A stretch of DNA of 64,000 nucleotides from Sulfurospirillaceae bacterium. GTDB taxonomy: Bacteria; Campylobacterota; Campylobacteria; Campylobacterales; Sulfurospirillaceae. The stretch covers positions 1 to 64,000 of the forward strand of contig JAWVXD010000006.1 in assembly GCA_033723415.1 (NCBI GenBank), read 5' to 3'. The notes under the pieces are model-generated. The model was not told where the DNA came from. It did not search any database and saw nothing but the letters and a program-made list of their open reading frames with translations. The position numbers and the translations under genes are program-made. Below are positions 30,341 to 40,276 of the stretch, one piece after another (position 1 is the first letter of the stretch; every line of letters begins with the position of its first letter).

Positions 30341-31681
30341 ATGGAATATATAGGAATATTTCCTCTATTTTATTTTCCAAAAATTGGTTCGGCTTGGTTG
30401 ATGGGTATCACCGGAACAATTCACATCTTAGCTTCTCACACCTCAGTTGGAGCTTCTTTACTTTTTGCCTATTTAGCACGCAAAGCATATAAAGAAAATA
30501 GGCCCGAACTCTATACATATATGAAAAAATACGGTATGTTTTTGCTCATATTTTCTTATGTTATCGGCTCTATCACGGGTCCTGGCATTTGGTATACGGC
30601 AACGGCAGCGAGTCCTAGAGGTATCAGCGCGCTCATACATAACTTTGTGTGGGTTTGGGCAACCGAGTGGGTCTTTTTCGTGTATGAAGTCCTAGGCGTG
30701 TTTGCCTTGGTATATTTTATCGATAAGATTGATAGAAAAACACATTTAAAACTCACCTATACTTTTGCTCTCGCCTCGCTTGGTACGCTTTTTTTGATCA
30801 TCGGTATCATCAGCTTTATGATGTGGCCGGGGGATAATGCATTTTATCTAACAGGCTCAGCTAGCGATGCATTTTTTGGTACAAACACCTTCCCTCATAT
30901 GTTTTTAAGAATCGGATTTATGATCATGATGTCGGGTGTCATCGGGCTTATCATCACCAGTGCTATGAGAAAAGAGAATGCAGAATTATCAAATGAATTG
31001 ACAAAAACCATGGGTATCGTCAGTATCATCGGCGGCTTCTTGGTCATGATAGCATTTATGTGGTATGTAAATACCTTGCCTGCAAATGCACTGGCTCTTT
31101 TGCCTATCTATCTACCTGAAATCATAAAAACAAGAGTTATTCTGATCATCGCATTCACTCTGTATTTTCTAGTGGCGGTATTTAGGCCTCAATATATCGG
31201 TAGAACAATCGCGATTACAATGCTTTTTGTCATTGCCGTTTTGGGTGTCTGGCCGGGTGAAAAACTAAGAGAAAGTCTCAGAAAACCTTATGTCGCTGGA
31301 CAGTACGTCTATAGTAACCAACTCATAGCCAGAGATGTTCCCGGTAAAGGAATAAAAAGCGATCTTCCAATCGTAGCAAAAGAAGGATTATTGAAAGTTG
31401 ATCCTTGGATACCGACAAGACTCAGAGTGATTACACCGGAAAATAAACTGGAAGTCGGTCATCTTTTAACAAAAATAGCATGTTCAAACTGCCACTCTTT
31501 GGATAAAAACGCCCTCTTCAGACCGCTTATGGTCAGGCTTAAAGGATGGGATGCAGCAACGATAAAAGCATTTCTAAAGAACAGTCTTGGAACCGGTTCT
31601 ATTCCATACATGCCAAAAATCGCTCTACCTGATGATGAGTACGACGCGATGGCTACATGGATAGCCACACAAAACAAATAA
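30341..31681 (+). CDS. Cytochrome bd subunit I (CydA)-like membrane protein fused to a C-terminal cytochrome c
   Basis: TM1 His (IHILASH); GSITGPGIW resembles CydA GVATG; WATEWVFFVYE resembles the CydA E99/E107 helix; C-terminal CSNCH (31481-31495) and PYMP; AGGAG RBS. Confidence 0.75.
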   Translation: MEYIGIFPLFYFPKIGSAWLMGITGTIHILASHTSVGASLLFAYLARKAYKENRPELYTYMKKYGMFLLIFSYVIGSITGPGIWYTATAASPRGISALIHNFVWVWATEWVFFVYEVLGVFALVYFIDKIDRKTHLKLTYTFALASLGTLFLIIGIISFMMWPGDNAFYLTGSASDAFFGTNTFPHMFLRIGFMIMMSGVIGLIITSAMRKENAELSNELTKTMGIVSIIGGFLVMIAFMWYVNTLPANALALLPIYLPEIIKTRVILIIAFTLYFLVAVFRPQYIGRTIAITMLFVIAVLGVWPGEKLRESLRKPYVAGQYVYSNQLIARDVPGKGIKSDLPIVAKEGLLKVDPWIPTRLRVITPENKLEVGHLLTKIACSNCHSLDKNALFRPLMVRLKGWDAATIKAFLKNSLGTGSIPYMPKIALPDDEYDAMATWIATQNK

Positions 31682-31690
31682 GGAGTTAAA

Positions 31691-32884
31691 ATGGATGCAA
31701 CTATATTAAATACGCTCAGAGATCCTGCCGGTGTACCTTTTTATCCGATAGTATTTCAAGCCCTTTATATTTTGACTTGGGCACTTCATATCGCTTTTGT
31801 ACTTTTAGCGATGGGCTCTATGGGATTGTCACTTGTTGGCAGAGGAAAACAAAAAGCAGATGCAAACTGGAAAATACTGACTCCACACATGATACAAACC
31901 GGAAAATTAAGCGTATCAATACTAATCGTTTTAGGAGTGGCTCCACTTCTATTTACGCAGGTCATTTATGATCCAAACTGGTATGTCACCAATGCGCTTT
32001 CTGGTGTTTGGGTTTTCTCGTTTATCTATATCATGATCGTCGCCTATGCTATGTATTATTGGTATTATTATGCTAACAGAAAAGGTTCAAGTAATAGCAC
32101 GCTTATCGGCGGTATCTCTTTTCTGCTCTTTTTGTGTGCAGGCGTGCTAATGCATGTTTTTGCCGTAGAATCGATACAACCCGATCAGTGGATGCAATGG
32201 TATGCACCCGGCGGTCATGTCGATACCTCGGGATTAAATTTTCATCTCGATCCTATAAGATTACTATTTATGCTCTCTTTATCTGCTCCTGTTTTGGGAA
32301 TATTTTTACAAAATTACAGCAATTTTCTCAGCACAAGAGAGGATTTTTCTAAAGAGTATATTGATTTTACAAAAAACCTCGGTACGAAGATAGCCGTAGT
32401 CGGTTTGTTGGTTAGTGCCGTTTTATTTGTATTGTGGATGCTTCAAATTGGATTGTTATTTTCACCTCTATCTCTCGCCATTATCGTCTCTGTACTGATA
32501 CTTCTTTTCATGGTGGTCGCAGTAAAGAAAACTTATTTTACTACCGGATTTTTAGTCATAGTCGCTCTGTTGATCTCCGGTATGAGAGAGTTTATAAAAT
32601 ATAATATCATGTACAAACATGGATACAATATTTATAATTATCCTATGAATATCGACTGGCCATCTGTTACTATGTTCTTGTTGACTTTTGTAGCACTAGG
32701 TTTCACAGGAGTTGCTTTTATTACTACTATGGCTTGGAAAGTCGGAAAAACACAAGGTGTCTTTGATGCCAGCAAAAATGTAGCCGTTACACGACTAGCT
32801 AACGCAACCTTGATTATCGTATCAGTTTGGTGTGTTGTTTATTTCGCTTGGGGAATGTTTACGCTCTTTAAAAATACTCTCTAA
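31691..32884 (+). CDS. Polytopic membrane protein, CydA'-like second subunit
   Basis: LTWALHIAFV (TM1 His) and IVLGVAPLLFTQVIY resemble a degenerate CydA N-terminus; 9 bp after the previous gene, with AAGGAG RBS. Confidence 0.6.
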   Translation: MDATILNTLRDPAGVPFYPIVFQALYILTWALHIAFVLLAMGSMGLSLVGRGKQKADANWKILTPHMIQTGKLSVSILIVLGVAPLLFTQVIYDPNWYVTNALSGVWVFSFIYIMIVAYAMYYWYYYANRKGSSNSTLIGGISFLLFLCAGVLMHVFAVESIQPDQWMQWYAPGGHVDTSGLNFHLDPIRLLFMLSLSAPVLGIFLQNYSNFLSTREDFSKEYIDFTKNLGTKIAVVGLLVSAVLFVLWMLQIGLLFSPLSLAIIVSVLILLFMVVAVKKTYFTTGFLVIVALLISGMREFIKYNIMYKHGYNIYNYPMNIDWPSVTMFLLTFVALGFTGVAFITTMAWKVGKTQGVFDASKNVAVTRLANATLIIVSVWCVVYFAWGMFTLFKNTL

Positions 32885-32894
32885 TATCCCACAT

Positions 32895-32926
32895 GTAAAG
32901 GTCGCGATTAAAATCGCGACCTTTAC
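32895..32926 (+). terminator. Strong hairpin after the cydA/cydA'-like pair
   Basis: GTAAAGGTCGCGATT-AA-AATCGCGACCTTTAC perfect 15-bp inverted repeat; no clear U-tract. Confidence 0.6.
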
Positions 32927-33008
32927 CAAAACACACTAATACATAAAGATAAACCAAAATAATCCAAAGTAGATGTATAATATACTAATCAAACAGAAAG
33001 GATTGGGC

Positions 33009-33572
33009 ATGAAATACTTCAAAGCATTAACGGCAATTGCCGTAGTAGTCATTTGTTTTTCAGGTTTTTGGTCAGGTAAAAGTAGTGATCAATTAAGGCA
33101 AGAACGCATCCAAACTAACAATGCGACATTGAAATATCTTTATAAATATGCTCCGAAATCAAGAAGTATGATAGCACATGCTTACGGCTATGCTACATTT
33201 ACAAATGTTGGCGTGAATCTCATATTACTATCTGCAGAAGGCGGTAAAGGCTTAGCTCACAACAACAGAACAGGTAAAAATATTTATATGAATATGGCAT
33301 CGGGAGGAGTCGGTTTCGGACTCGGTGTAAAAGATTTTAGAATTGTATTTATATTTGAGAATAAGAAAGTTTTTGATAATTTTGTAAATCACGGCTGGGA
33401 AGCCAATGCACAAGCTGATGCCGCAGCAAAATTAGGAAAAGACGGTGGGGCAGTAAATGCTGCAATCACTATAGAACCAGGACTAAAAATATATAAATTA
33501 ACAAAAAACGGCTTAGCCTTGCAAGCAACGATTCAAGGAACAAAATATTGGAAAGATAAAGATCTAAATTAA
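33009..33572 (+). CDS. YSC84/SYLF-domain lipid-binding exported protein
   Basis: Signal-like N-terminus; AYGYATF, GGKG, GGVGFGLG and GLALQATIQGTKYW motifs; AAAGGA RBS before ATG 33009. Confidence 0.8.
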   Translation: MKYFKALTAIAVVVICFSGFWSGKSSDQLRQERIQTNNATLKYLYKYAPKSRSMIAHAYGYATFTNVGVNLILLSAEGGKGLAHNNRTGKNIYMNMASGGVGFGLGVKDFRIVFIFENKKVFDNFVNHGWEANAQADAAAKLGKDGGAVNAAITIEPGLKIYKLTKNGLALQATIQGTKYWKDKDLN

Positions 33573-33688
33573 AATATAGTATATATTCAGTTCACGCCAA
33601 ATAATCAAAGGCTCCTTGCATGTTGAAGCAAATCATTATTTAGTAATGTGTATAATCCCATATTATTCACAGATTGAGGAGAAGCACA

Positions 33689-35209
33689 GTGCATGACATA
33701 GAAAATATTAAACTTGAATTTTTGAAATTAGAAGATGCTTGTGAACTAAAAGAAACTATGTTGCTCGCATATGAAAATCTGCCTGATGCATACTGGCAGG
33801 AGAGTCAAATCAAATCTCTAATTGAAAAATTTCCAGAAGGTCAGGTCGTGATAAAGATAGATGGAGAAATAGCCGCATCTGCACTCTCTATTATCGTTGA
33901 TTATGATCAATTTGCCCATCATCACACATATAAAGAAATCACGGGAGACTATACTTTCAAGACACATACTGAAGAAGGTGATATATTATACGGCATTGAT
34001 ATATTTGTAAAGCCAAAATTTAGAGGACTCCGTTTGGGACGACGTTTATATGACTATAGGAAAGAATTATGTGAAAAGCTTAATCTAAAAGGTATAGCCT
34101 TTGGCGGAAGAATTCCAAATTATCACAAATATTCAGATGAAATATCACCAAAAGAGTACATAGAAAAAGTTAAAAGAAAAGAGATACATGACCCGGTTCT
34201 CAATTTTCAAATATCAAATGATTTCCATCCTTCAAAAATCTTAAAAGGTTATCTAAAAGGGGACAAAGAATCAGGAGAATTTGCTGTTTTACTTGAATGG
34301 GACAATATCTACTACGAAAGACCAAACAAAAAAGCTACAACAAAGAAAAAAGTCGTTCGCTTAGGCCTGATACAATGGCAAATGCGACCGTATAAAAATC
34401 TACAAGAACTGATGCAGCAAGTAGAGTATTTTGTAGACACCGTCTCAGGGTATCGCTGTGACTTTGCTCTTTTCCCAGAATTTTTCAATGCACCGTTGAT
34501 GGCTGAGAATAATCATCTCTCAGAACCTGATGCGATAAGAGAGTTGGCAAAATATACAGATGATATCGTGAAGAGATTTTCAGAACTCTCTATTTCCTAC
34601 AACATCAACATCATAACAGGTAGTATGCCTGAGATGAAAGACGGTAATCTTTATAATGTAGGGTATTTGTGTCGTAGAGATGGAAGCATTGAGAGATATG
34701 AAAAACTACATGTAACACCTGATGAAGTTAAAATTTGGGGAATGCAAGGCGGGAACAGCTTAAAAACATTTGACACGGATTGCGGAAAGATAGGTATACT
34801 TATCTGTTATGACTCCGAATTTCCAGAACTCAGTCGTCTTCTTGCCGATGATGGAATGGATATCTTATTTGTTCCTTTTTTAACAGACACTCAAAATGGA
34901 TACTCACGCATAAGACACTGCTCAAAAGCCAGAGCGATTGAAAACGAATGCTATGTGGCCCTTGCGGGAAGTGTTGGCAACTTACCGAATGTTCACAATA
35001 TGGATATACAATTTGCGCAATCAGCCGTCTTTACACCTTGTGATTTTGCATTTCCGACCAATGGCATAAAAGCTGAAGCAACCGCAAACAGCGAAATGGT
35101 CCTAATAGCCGATGTAGATATAGATCTATTAACAGAGTTGAATAATTTTGGAAGCGTTACTAACTTAAACGATAGAAGAAAAGATATATTTGAGCTTGTC
35201 AGAAAATAA
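33689..35209 (+). CDS. Bifunctional GNAT acetyltransferase / carbon-nitrogen hydrolase
   Basis: GNAT 'FRGLRLGRRLYD..GGRIP'; nitrilase-fold triad FPEFF, EKLH and ICYDSEFPE; GTG start after GAGGAG. Confidence 0.88.
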   Translation: MHDIENIKLEFLKLEDACELKETMLLAYENLPDAYWQESQIKSLIEKFPEGQVVIKIDGEIAASALSIIVDYDQFAHHHTYKEITGDYTFKTHTEEGDILYGIDIFVKPKFRGLRLGRRLYDYRKELCEKLNLKGIAFGGRIPNYHKYSDEISPKEYIEKVKRKEIHDPVLNFQISNDFHPSKILKGYLKGDKESGEFAVLLEWDNIYYERPNKKATTKKKVVRLGLIQWQMRPYKNLQELMQQVEYFVDTVSGYRCDFALFPEFFNAPLMAENNHLSEPDAIRELAKYTDDIVKRFSELSISYNINIITGSMPEMKDGNLYNVGYLCRRDGSIERYEKLHVTPDEVKIWGMQGGNSLKTFDTDCGKIGILICYDSEFPELSRLLADDGMDILFVPFLTDTQNGYSRIRHCSKARAIENECYVALAGSVGNLPNVHNMDIQFAQSAVFTPCDFAFPTNGIKAEATANSEMVLIADVDIDLLTELNNFGSVTNLNDRRKDIFELVRK

Positions 35210-35235
35210 GGGCAATTTTTATTTTGCCCTTATTT
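35204..35235. terminator. Bidirectional terminator between convergent genes
   Basis: AAATAAGGGCAA...TTGCCCTTATTT inverted repeat. Confidence 0.7.
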
Positions 35236-35245
35236 ATATGTGTTG

Positions 35246-36259
35246 TTAATTTGATAAGTCTATCGTAACACCCTCTTTTAAAAGCTTATTCTTTCTCATG
35301 TGAGAATACTCACTGTAAGTCTTATACTTTTTATAATACTCCCCGCTCACGTACCTGAGTCTCTCTTTGAGATGAAAACTATATAAAAGCGCATCGATCT
35401 TCAGTTGAAGCTTCTTTTCATTGTAAAGTAAGATGGTCGGTCGATAAGTCAGGTTCATTTTCAATGCCAACTGTTTTGGCGTTGTTTTGTGTCCGTTCAC
35501 ATCAATGATCGGTTTATCTGAAGAGGTATCGAGTCGCACGATCGTGTATTTTTTTAACTCTTTTGCCACATCTTTGTTTTTAAAAGTAACATTGTGAAGA
35601 TACTCACACTGCGTACAACTTCCATCTTCAAGTATCACTGCCAACGGAGTCGATATTTTAGATAGATCTGTGATATTTGAAAAAAGTTTATTGGGTTTTA
35701 ATTTATAAAGATTTTTATTTTTGACCTTTTCCAAAAATGCGTCAAGTTCCATCTTTTTGTAATATTTCCCGTTCACATACTTCAAGACATCCAAAAAATT
35801 CTCAGGAGAGCGATAACCATCGACTCTTGCCACTATATTTTTATCACCGTCCAAAAATAAAATAGTCGGCGTAAAATACACCTTCATCTTTTTTGCGAAC
35901 TCTTTTTCGCTCATCACCGTATTATCATCCCAAGTCACTTCTCGATCTCCGGTGATTCGGATTTGGACTACATCAAAATGCGCTTTGATAAAATCACTGG
36001 TTCTATTTTTAGGGAAAAAACTATCATGCAACATTTTGGCACAATAAGGACAACCGTCTAAATCCAAAAAGAGCATCAAATGCTTGTTTTTTTGTGCAGC
36101 TTCTTGTGCATCTGCTGTCATGTCCAAAAAACTAAGTTTAAACCAACTTGGCATACTATGTTGTGCGCCACCTACTATCTTGCCTGGTGCTGTTGCAGCG
36201 TTTAAAAATGTAATCGAAAGAAATATAGCTCCAAGTAACACTAAAATCTTTTTCATCAT
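35246..36259 (-). CDS. Exported SoxW-like double thioredoxin-fold protein
   Basis: Signal peptide; PSWFKLSFLD, CPYC, FTPT and a second CTQC motif. Confidence 0.8.
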   Translation of the reverse strand: MMKKILVLLGAIFLSITFLNAATAPGKIVGGAQHSMPSWFKLSFLDMTADAQEAAQKNKHLMLFLDLDGCPYCAKMLHDSFFPKNRTSDFIKAHFDVVQIRITGDREVTWDDNTVMSEKEFAKKMKVYFTPTILFLDGDKNIVARVDGYRSPENFLDVLKYVNGKYYKKMELDAFLEKVKNKNLYKLKPNKLFSNITDLSKISTPLAVILEDGSCTQCEYLHNVTFKNKDVAKELKKYTIVRLDTSSDKPIIDVNGHKTTPKQLALKMNLTYRPTILLYNEKKLQLKIDALLYSFHLKERLRYVSGEYYKKYKTYSEYSHMRKNKLLKEGVTIDLSN

Positions 36260-36350
36260 ATGATATCCTTTAAATCGTGATTTAATACTTTAACAACAAT
36301 ATGTTAATGTGTCAATAGGAATAGCCTGATATAGGCTTAAATGAGGTATC

Positions 36351-36384
36351 AGTATGAGTCAAAAAGAATCATTTGACTCATACT
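36351..36384 (-). terminator. Hairpin at the end of the gcv-lipA-lpdA-decarboxylase operon
   Basis: AGTATGAGTCAAA...TTTGACTCATACT inverted repeat just past the stop at 36391. Confidence 0.65.
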
Positions 36385-36390
36385 TTGCAG

Positions 36391-38052
36391 TTACTTTCTA
36401 TTTGCTTCTTCTAGTTTGTCTGAGATTTGTTTCAACATCGGCGGATAATCAAGTTTATCAAAAAACAATTCGACCATTTTGGCGCCCTCTTTTTTAATTT
36501 CAGGTAACTTATCAAAAAATTCTTTGAATGTTTTCGCACTAACGGTCTTTTCAAGTCCTAATGATTTTGCAAAAGCCGTATAGTTCCATACTGCGATATC
36601 ATTGTAGGATTGATTTGGCCCGTGTATGGCGCGCTCTATCGTGTAGCCGTCATTATTGATCAAAAATATCGTCACATCAAGATCGTATCTTTTTATCAAA
36701 CTTATCTCTTGAGCCGTCAGTTGAAATGACCCGTCTCCTATGAATAAAAGAACTCTTCTATGCGGTGATGCGATGGCTGATCCTATAGCTGCTGGAAGCG
36801 TATACCCTATAGAAGCCCACAATATCTGAGATACGAAATCTATACCGGCAGGTAAGTTCTCCTGTACCAAGCCAAACAGTGAAGAACCCGCTTCTGCAAC
36901 TACGATATCACCTTCTTTGATGATATGATTGCTGATAAGCGGCCAAAATTCTTTGTGATTTAGTTTTTTGTCCGTTGAATCACTAATTTGCATAATAGGT
37001 TCAGATTTCAAAAGATCTTCCGTTATCCAAGACTCTTTTTTTGGAGTGAGCTTTGATATGAGATAGTTCAAGAGCATATTCACACTTACTCCTGCATATA
37101 TCTTCTTGCCTATTTTGATCGTATTTGGTCTTATGGTTATGACATTTGCCAGATCGATGCCGTCTTCACTAAAACCGCCTGTATTGAGATCAGTATCAAC
37201 CGTACCCACAGATATGATACAATCAGACTCTTGCATGATCTTTTCGATCCCTACGGTACTGTAATCTCCGGCATAGATACCGATGTAGTTTGGTTTTGCT
37301 ACATTTGTCTCATTTATAATAGATTTGCCCATTAGAGTCGTTGTGAATTTTGACTGAGTTTTCTCCATCAATTGAGTGATCTGCTCTCTCCAACCAAATC
37401 TAGCGATATTTACACCGAGTAAAAACATAGGTTTTTTTGCTTTGTTAAATCGCTCTACTATGATGTCCCCCAACTCTTCGACCATGAAATTATCATGATT
37501 CTTATAATTAAACGAGATATCATCAAGTGTTTCAGTAATATCCATATCTACAAGATTTGTAGGTACTCCAAGATAACAAGGCTTTTTGGTTACTAACATA
37601 TTGAGTACGACTCTTTGGATTTCAGTGAGATAATTTTCAGCCGTCAGAATCGTAGAAGCACCTGTTATAGAATTAAAAGACTCTAAAAAGCTGTTTTTCT
37701 TATAGTTTGCCAAAGTATGATGCACCGGAATATCATGATCTAAAATCACGCTGTTTGGATAACCTACTATATGTAAAATCGGTATATTATGAGCATAACT
37801 ACCCGCGATTCCGTTCGCTGCGCTGAGCTCACCCACCCCGTGAGTCGTAACCAAAACACCGATACCGTTTTCTCTTGCATATCCGTCAGCTGCATAAGAA
37901 GCATTTAGTTCATTGCAATTGCCAATCCATTTTACATCATCTTTATCAACGATATAATCTAAAAACCTCAAATTATAATCTCCAGGGACACCAAAGATAT
38001 GCTTTACGCCTAATTGTTTCACTACATCGACGATCAGATCACCTAATGTCAT
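36391..38052 (-). CDS. ThDP-dependent 2-oxoacid decarboxylase (pyruvate/indolepyruvate decarboxylase family)
   Basis: FGVPGDYNL, CNELNASYAADGYAR, VHHTL and GDGSFQLT...NNDGYTIER motifs. Confidence 0.92.
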   Translation of the reverse strand: MTLGDLIVDVVKQLGVKHIFGVPGDYNLRFLDYIVDKDDVKWIGNCNELNASYAADGYARENGIGVLVTTHGVGELSAANGIAGSYAHNIPILHIVGYPNSVILDHDIPVHHTLANYKKNSFLESFNSITGASTILTAENYLTEIQRVVLNMLVTKKPCYLGVPTNLVDMDITETLDDISFNYKNHDNFMVEELGDIIVERFNKAKKPMFLLGVNIARFGWREQITQLMEKTQSKFTTTLMGKSIINETNVAKPNYIGIYAGDYSTVGIEKIMQESDCIISVGTVDTDLNTGGFSEDGIDLANVITIRPNTIKIGKKIYAGVSVNMLLNYLISKLTPKKESWITEDLLKSEPIMQISDSTDKKLNHKEFWPLISNHIIKEGDIVVAEAGSSLFGLVQENLPAGIDFVSQILWASIGYTLPAAIGSAIASPHRRVLLFIGDGSFQLTAQEISLIKRYDLDVTIFLINNDGYTIERAIHGPNQSYNDIAVWNYTAFAKSLGLEKTVSAKTFKEFFDKLPEIKKEGAKMVELFFDKLDYPPMLKQISDKLEEANRK

Positions 38053-38068
38053 ATTATTTCTCCTTAAT

Positions 38069-39418
38069 TTATTGCAACATCGCCCATAAAGATTCAGACA
38101 GAGTCGGATGAGCGAACACCATATCTCTCAAATCTTTTTTGGTTAATTTTTTATTTACGGCTATGAGTATCTCGTGTATCAATTCAGTCGTGTCGTTACC
38201 GATCATTGCTCCACCTAGTATCACTCCGCTTTCTTTTTCACAAAACAATTTAATAAATCCGCCATCATAGCCTTTTATCTTGGCCTTTGCACTTGATTTA
38301 AAAAACGATTTTATAACTTCATATTCTATATTTTTAGCTTTCAACTCTTTCTCATGTAATCCGACACTTGCCACTTGAGGCTGACAAAAAGTCACAAATG
38401 GGATCACAGGTGAAGGTTGAATTTGTGTTTTACCCAATATATTGTTAGCTACTACTTTTGCTTCATCATATGCTACATGTGCTAACGCCGGAGTCGGGAT
38501 CACATCACCAAGAGCATAAACATTTGGATTGGTGGTTCTAAGATTTTCATCAACCGTTACAAAACCTCGCTCACTATCCACTTTTGCATTTTCCAATTTT
38601 AAATTTTGCGTATTTGGGATTCTCCCGATAGAAACCAGTACCAGTTCCGCTTCATCGCTCGCTTCGCCTTTTGAGGTTTGCAAACCCAATATCACTCTAT
38701 TTTCTTTTTTCTCAAAGGACGTTACATTTGTATCCAGCGATACTTTGATACCTTTGCGTTCTAACTCGCGCTTGAGAGTGGATGAGACATCACCGTCTTC
38801 GGCAGGAACAAGATTTGGAGTGAACTCTACGATATGGACTTTTGTCCCCAGTGAATTAAAAAAAGTCGCAAATTCACAACCGATTGCGCCACCGCCTACA
38901 ACAATGATAGAACTTGGAATTTTTTCTAATTCAAATACTTCATCACTCGATATGATCTGTTTTTTATCGACGCTTAAAAGCGGGTGAGGTCTGTGAGTAG
39001 AACCTGCTGCAATGATGAATTTATCTGCTTTTATACTCTCACCGTTTACAAGAATAGAATTTTCACTCTCAAAAACCGCTTCCCCGAAAATCATGTCTAT
39101 TCCGGATTTTTTTATATTTGTTTCAGCAGAGTTTCTAAGTTGATCTAGTAAGGTTTCTTTTTTTGAATTTAGTACAGACATATCAAAAGATGCTTTTTCT
39201 ACTTTTAATCCACAACTCTCCAAATACGCTTTTTTACCAAGATAGCTCACACTCTCAAGATAGAGTTTTGCAGGGATACAACCCTCGTTTAGACAGGTCC
39301 CGCCTATGTGATTTTCAAACTTTTCGATCAGACAGACTTTTTTACCTTCTTTTGCCAACGCTATAGAAGAGTTTTTACCCGCAGGCCCAGCGCCTATGAC
39401 AATAACATCATAAATCAT
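38069..39418 (-). CDS. lpdA: Dihydrolipoyl dehydrogenase (glycine cleavage L protein)
   Basis: GAGPAG, GGTCLNEGCIP, GGGAIGCE and HPTLSE motifs. Confidence 0.92.
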   Translation of the reverse strand: MIYDVIVIGAGPAGKNSSIALAKEGKKVCLIEKFENHIGGTCLNEGCIPAKLYLESVSYLGKKAYLESCGLKVEKASFDMSVLNSKKETLLDQLRNSAETNIKKSGIDMIFGEAVFESENSILVNGESIKADKFIIAAGSTHRPHPLLSVDKKQIISSDEVFELEKIPSSIIVVGGGAIGCEFATFFNSLGTKVHIVEFTPNLVPAEDGDVSSTLKRELERKGIKVSLDTNVTSFEKKENRVILGLQTSKGEASDEAELVLVSIGRIPNTQNLKLENAKVDSERGFVTVDENLRTTNPNVYALGDVIPTPALAHVAYDEAKVVANNILGKTQIQPSPVIPFVTFCQPQVASVGLHEKELKAKNIEYEVIKSFFKSSAKAKIKGYDGGFIKLFCEKESGVILGGAMIGNDTTELIHEILIAVNKKLTKKDLRDMVFAHPTLSESLWAMLQ

Positions 39419-40275
39419 TCATTCCCTTTTTCAAAATACTCGTGTGCCATGTAAGAACTTCTGGTGTAAGGTGAACTTTTAACAAATTCAAAACCCATGT
39501 CTCTGGCCATAATCCCGTATTCTTCAAATTTTTCAGGTTTTATAAACTCGGCAACACTAACGTGTTCACGTGTAGGAGCCAGATACTGTCCCATAGTCAA
39601 TAAAGTACACTCTACGCTCAAAAGATCACTCCATACTGATTTGAGTTCTTCTTCTCTCTCACCAAGACCCAACATAAGAGCACTCTTGGTTTTGATATTC
39701 GGATTGAGCGTTTTTAATGTTTTTAATACTTCAAGTGAACGCTTATAATTTGCACCAAGCCTCACTTCATAAAGCCTTGGAACCGTCTCCATATTGTGCC
39801 CTATGATCTCTGCGCCGCAAGTTGCCACGGTTCTTAGAGCTTCAAGATTATTTTTAAAATCCGGTATCAACAGTTCAACGGTTATATTATTATCCATATT
39901 TTTGATAGCTCGAACGCACTGGGCAAACTGCTCTGCCCCACCGTCTTTTAGATCATCTCGGGTTACACTCGTAATAACGACATGACGTAAACCCAGTGCG
40001 ATAACGGCATCTGCAACTTTTTGCGGTTCTGCCATATCTAATCCTACGGGTTTGCCTTTGTTTACATTGCAAAAAGTGCATTTCCTTGTACACGTGTTAC
40101 CCAAAATCATAAAGGTTGCATTTTTTTTGGCAAAACACTCCGATATATTTGGACACATCGCTTCTTGGCACACGGTATGTATACCGATGTCTTTTAATTT
40201 TTGCTCTACGTCTTTTTTCTGCGAAAAAAAGATCTTTTTGTGCAACCAATCTGGTTTTCGGATTTGTTGTGTCAT
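39415..40275 (-). CDS. lipA: Lipoyl synthase
   Basis: CQEAMCPNISEC, CTRKCTFC and C-terminal RSSY motifs. Confidence 0.95.
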   Translation of the reverse strand: MTQQIRKPDWLHKKIFFSQKKDVEQKLKDIGIHTVCQEAMCPNISECFAKKNATFMILGNTCTRKCTFCNVNKGKPVGLDMAEPQKVADAVIALGLRHVVITSVTRDDLKDGGAEQFAQCVRAIKNMDNNITVELLIPDFKNNLEALRTVATCGAEIIGHNMETVPRLYEVRLGANYKRSLEVLKTLKTLNPNIKTKSALMLGLGEREEELKSVWSDLLSVECTLLTMGQYLAPTREHVSVAEFIKPEKFEEYGIMARDMGFEFVKSSPYTRSSYMAHEYFEKGNE

Positions 40276-40276
40276 A

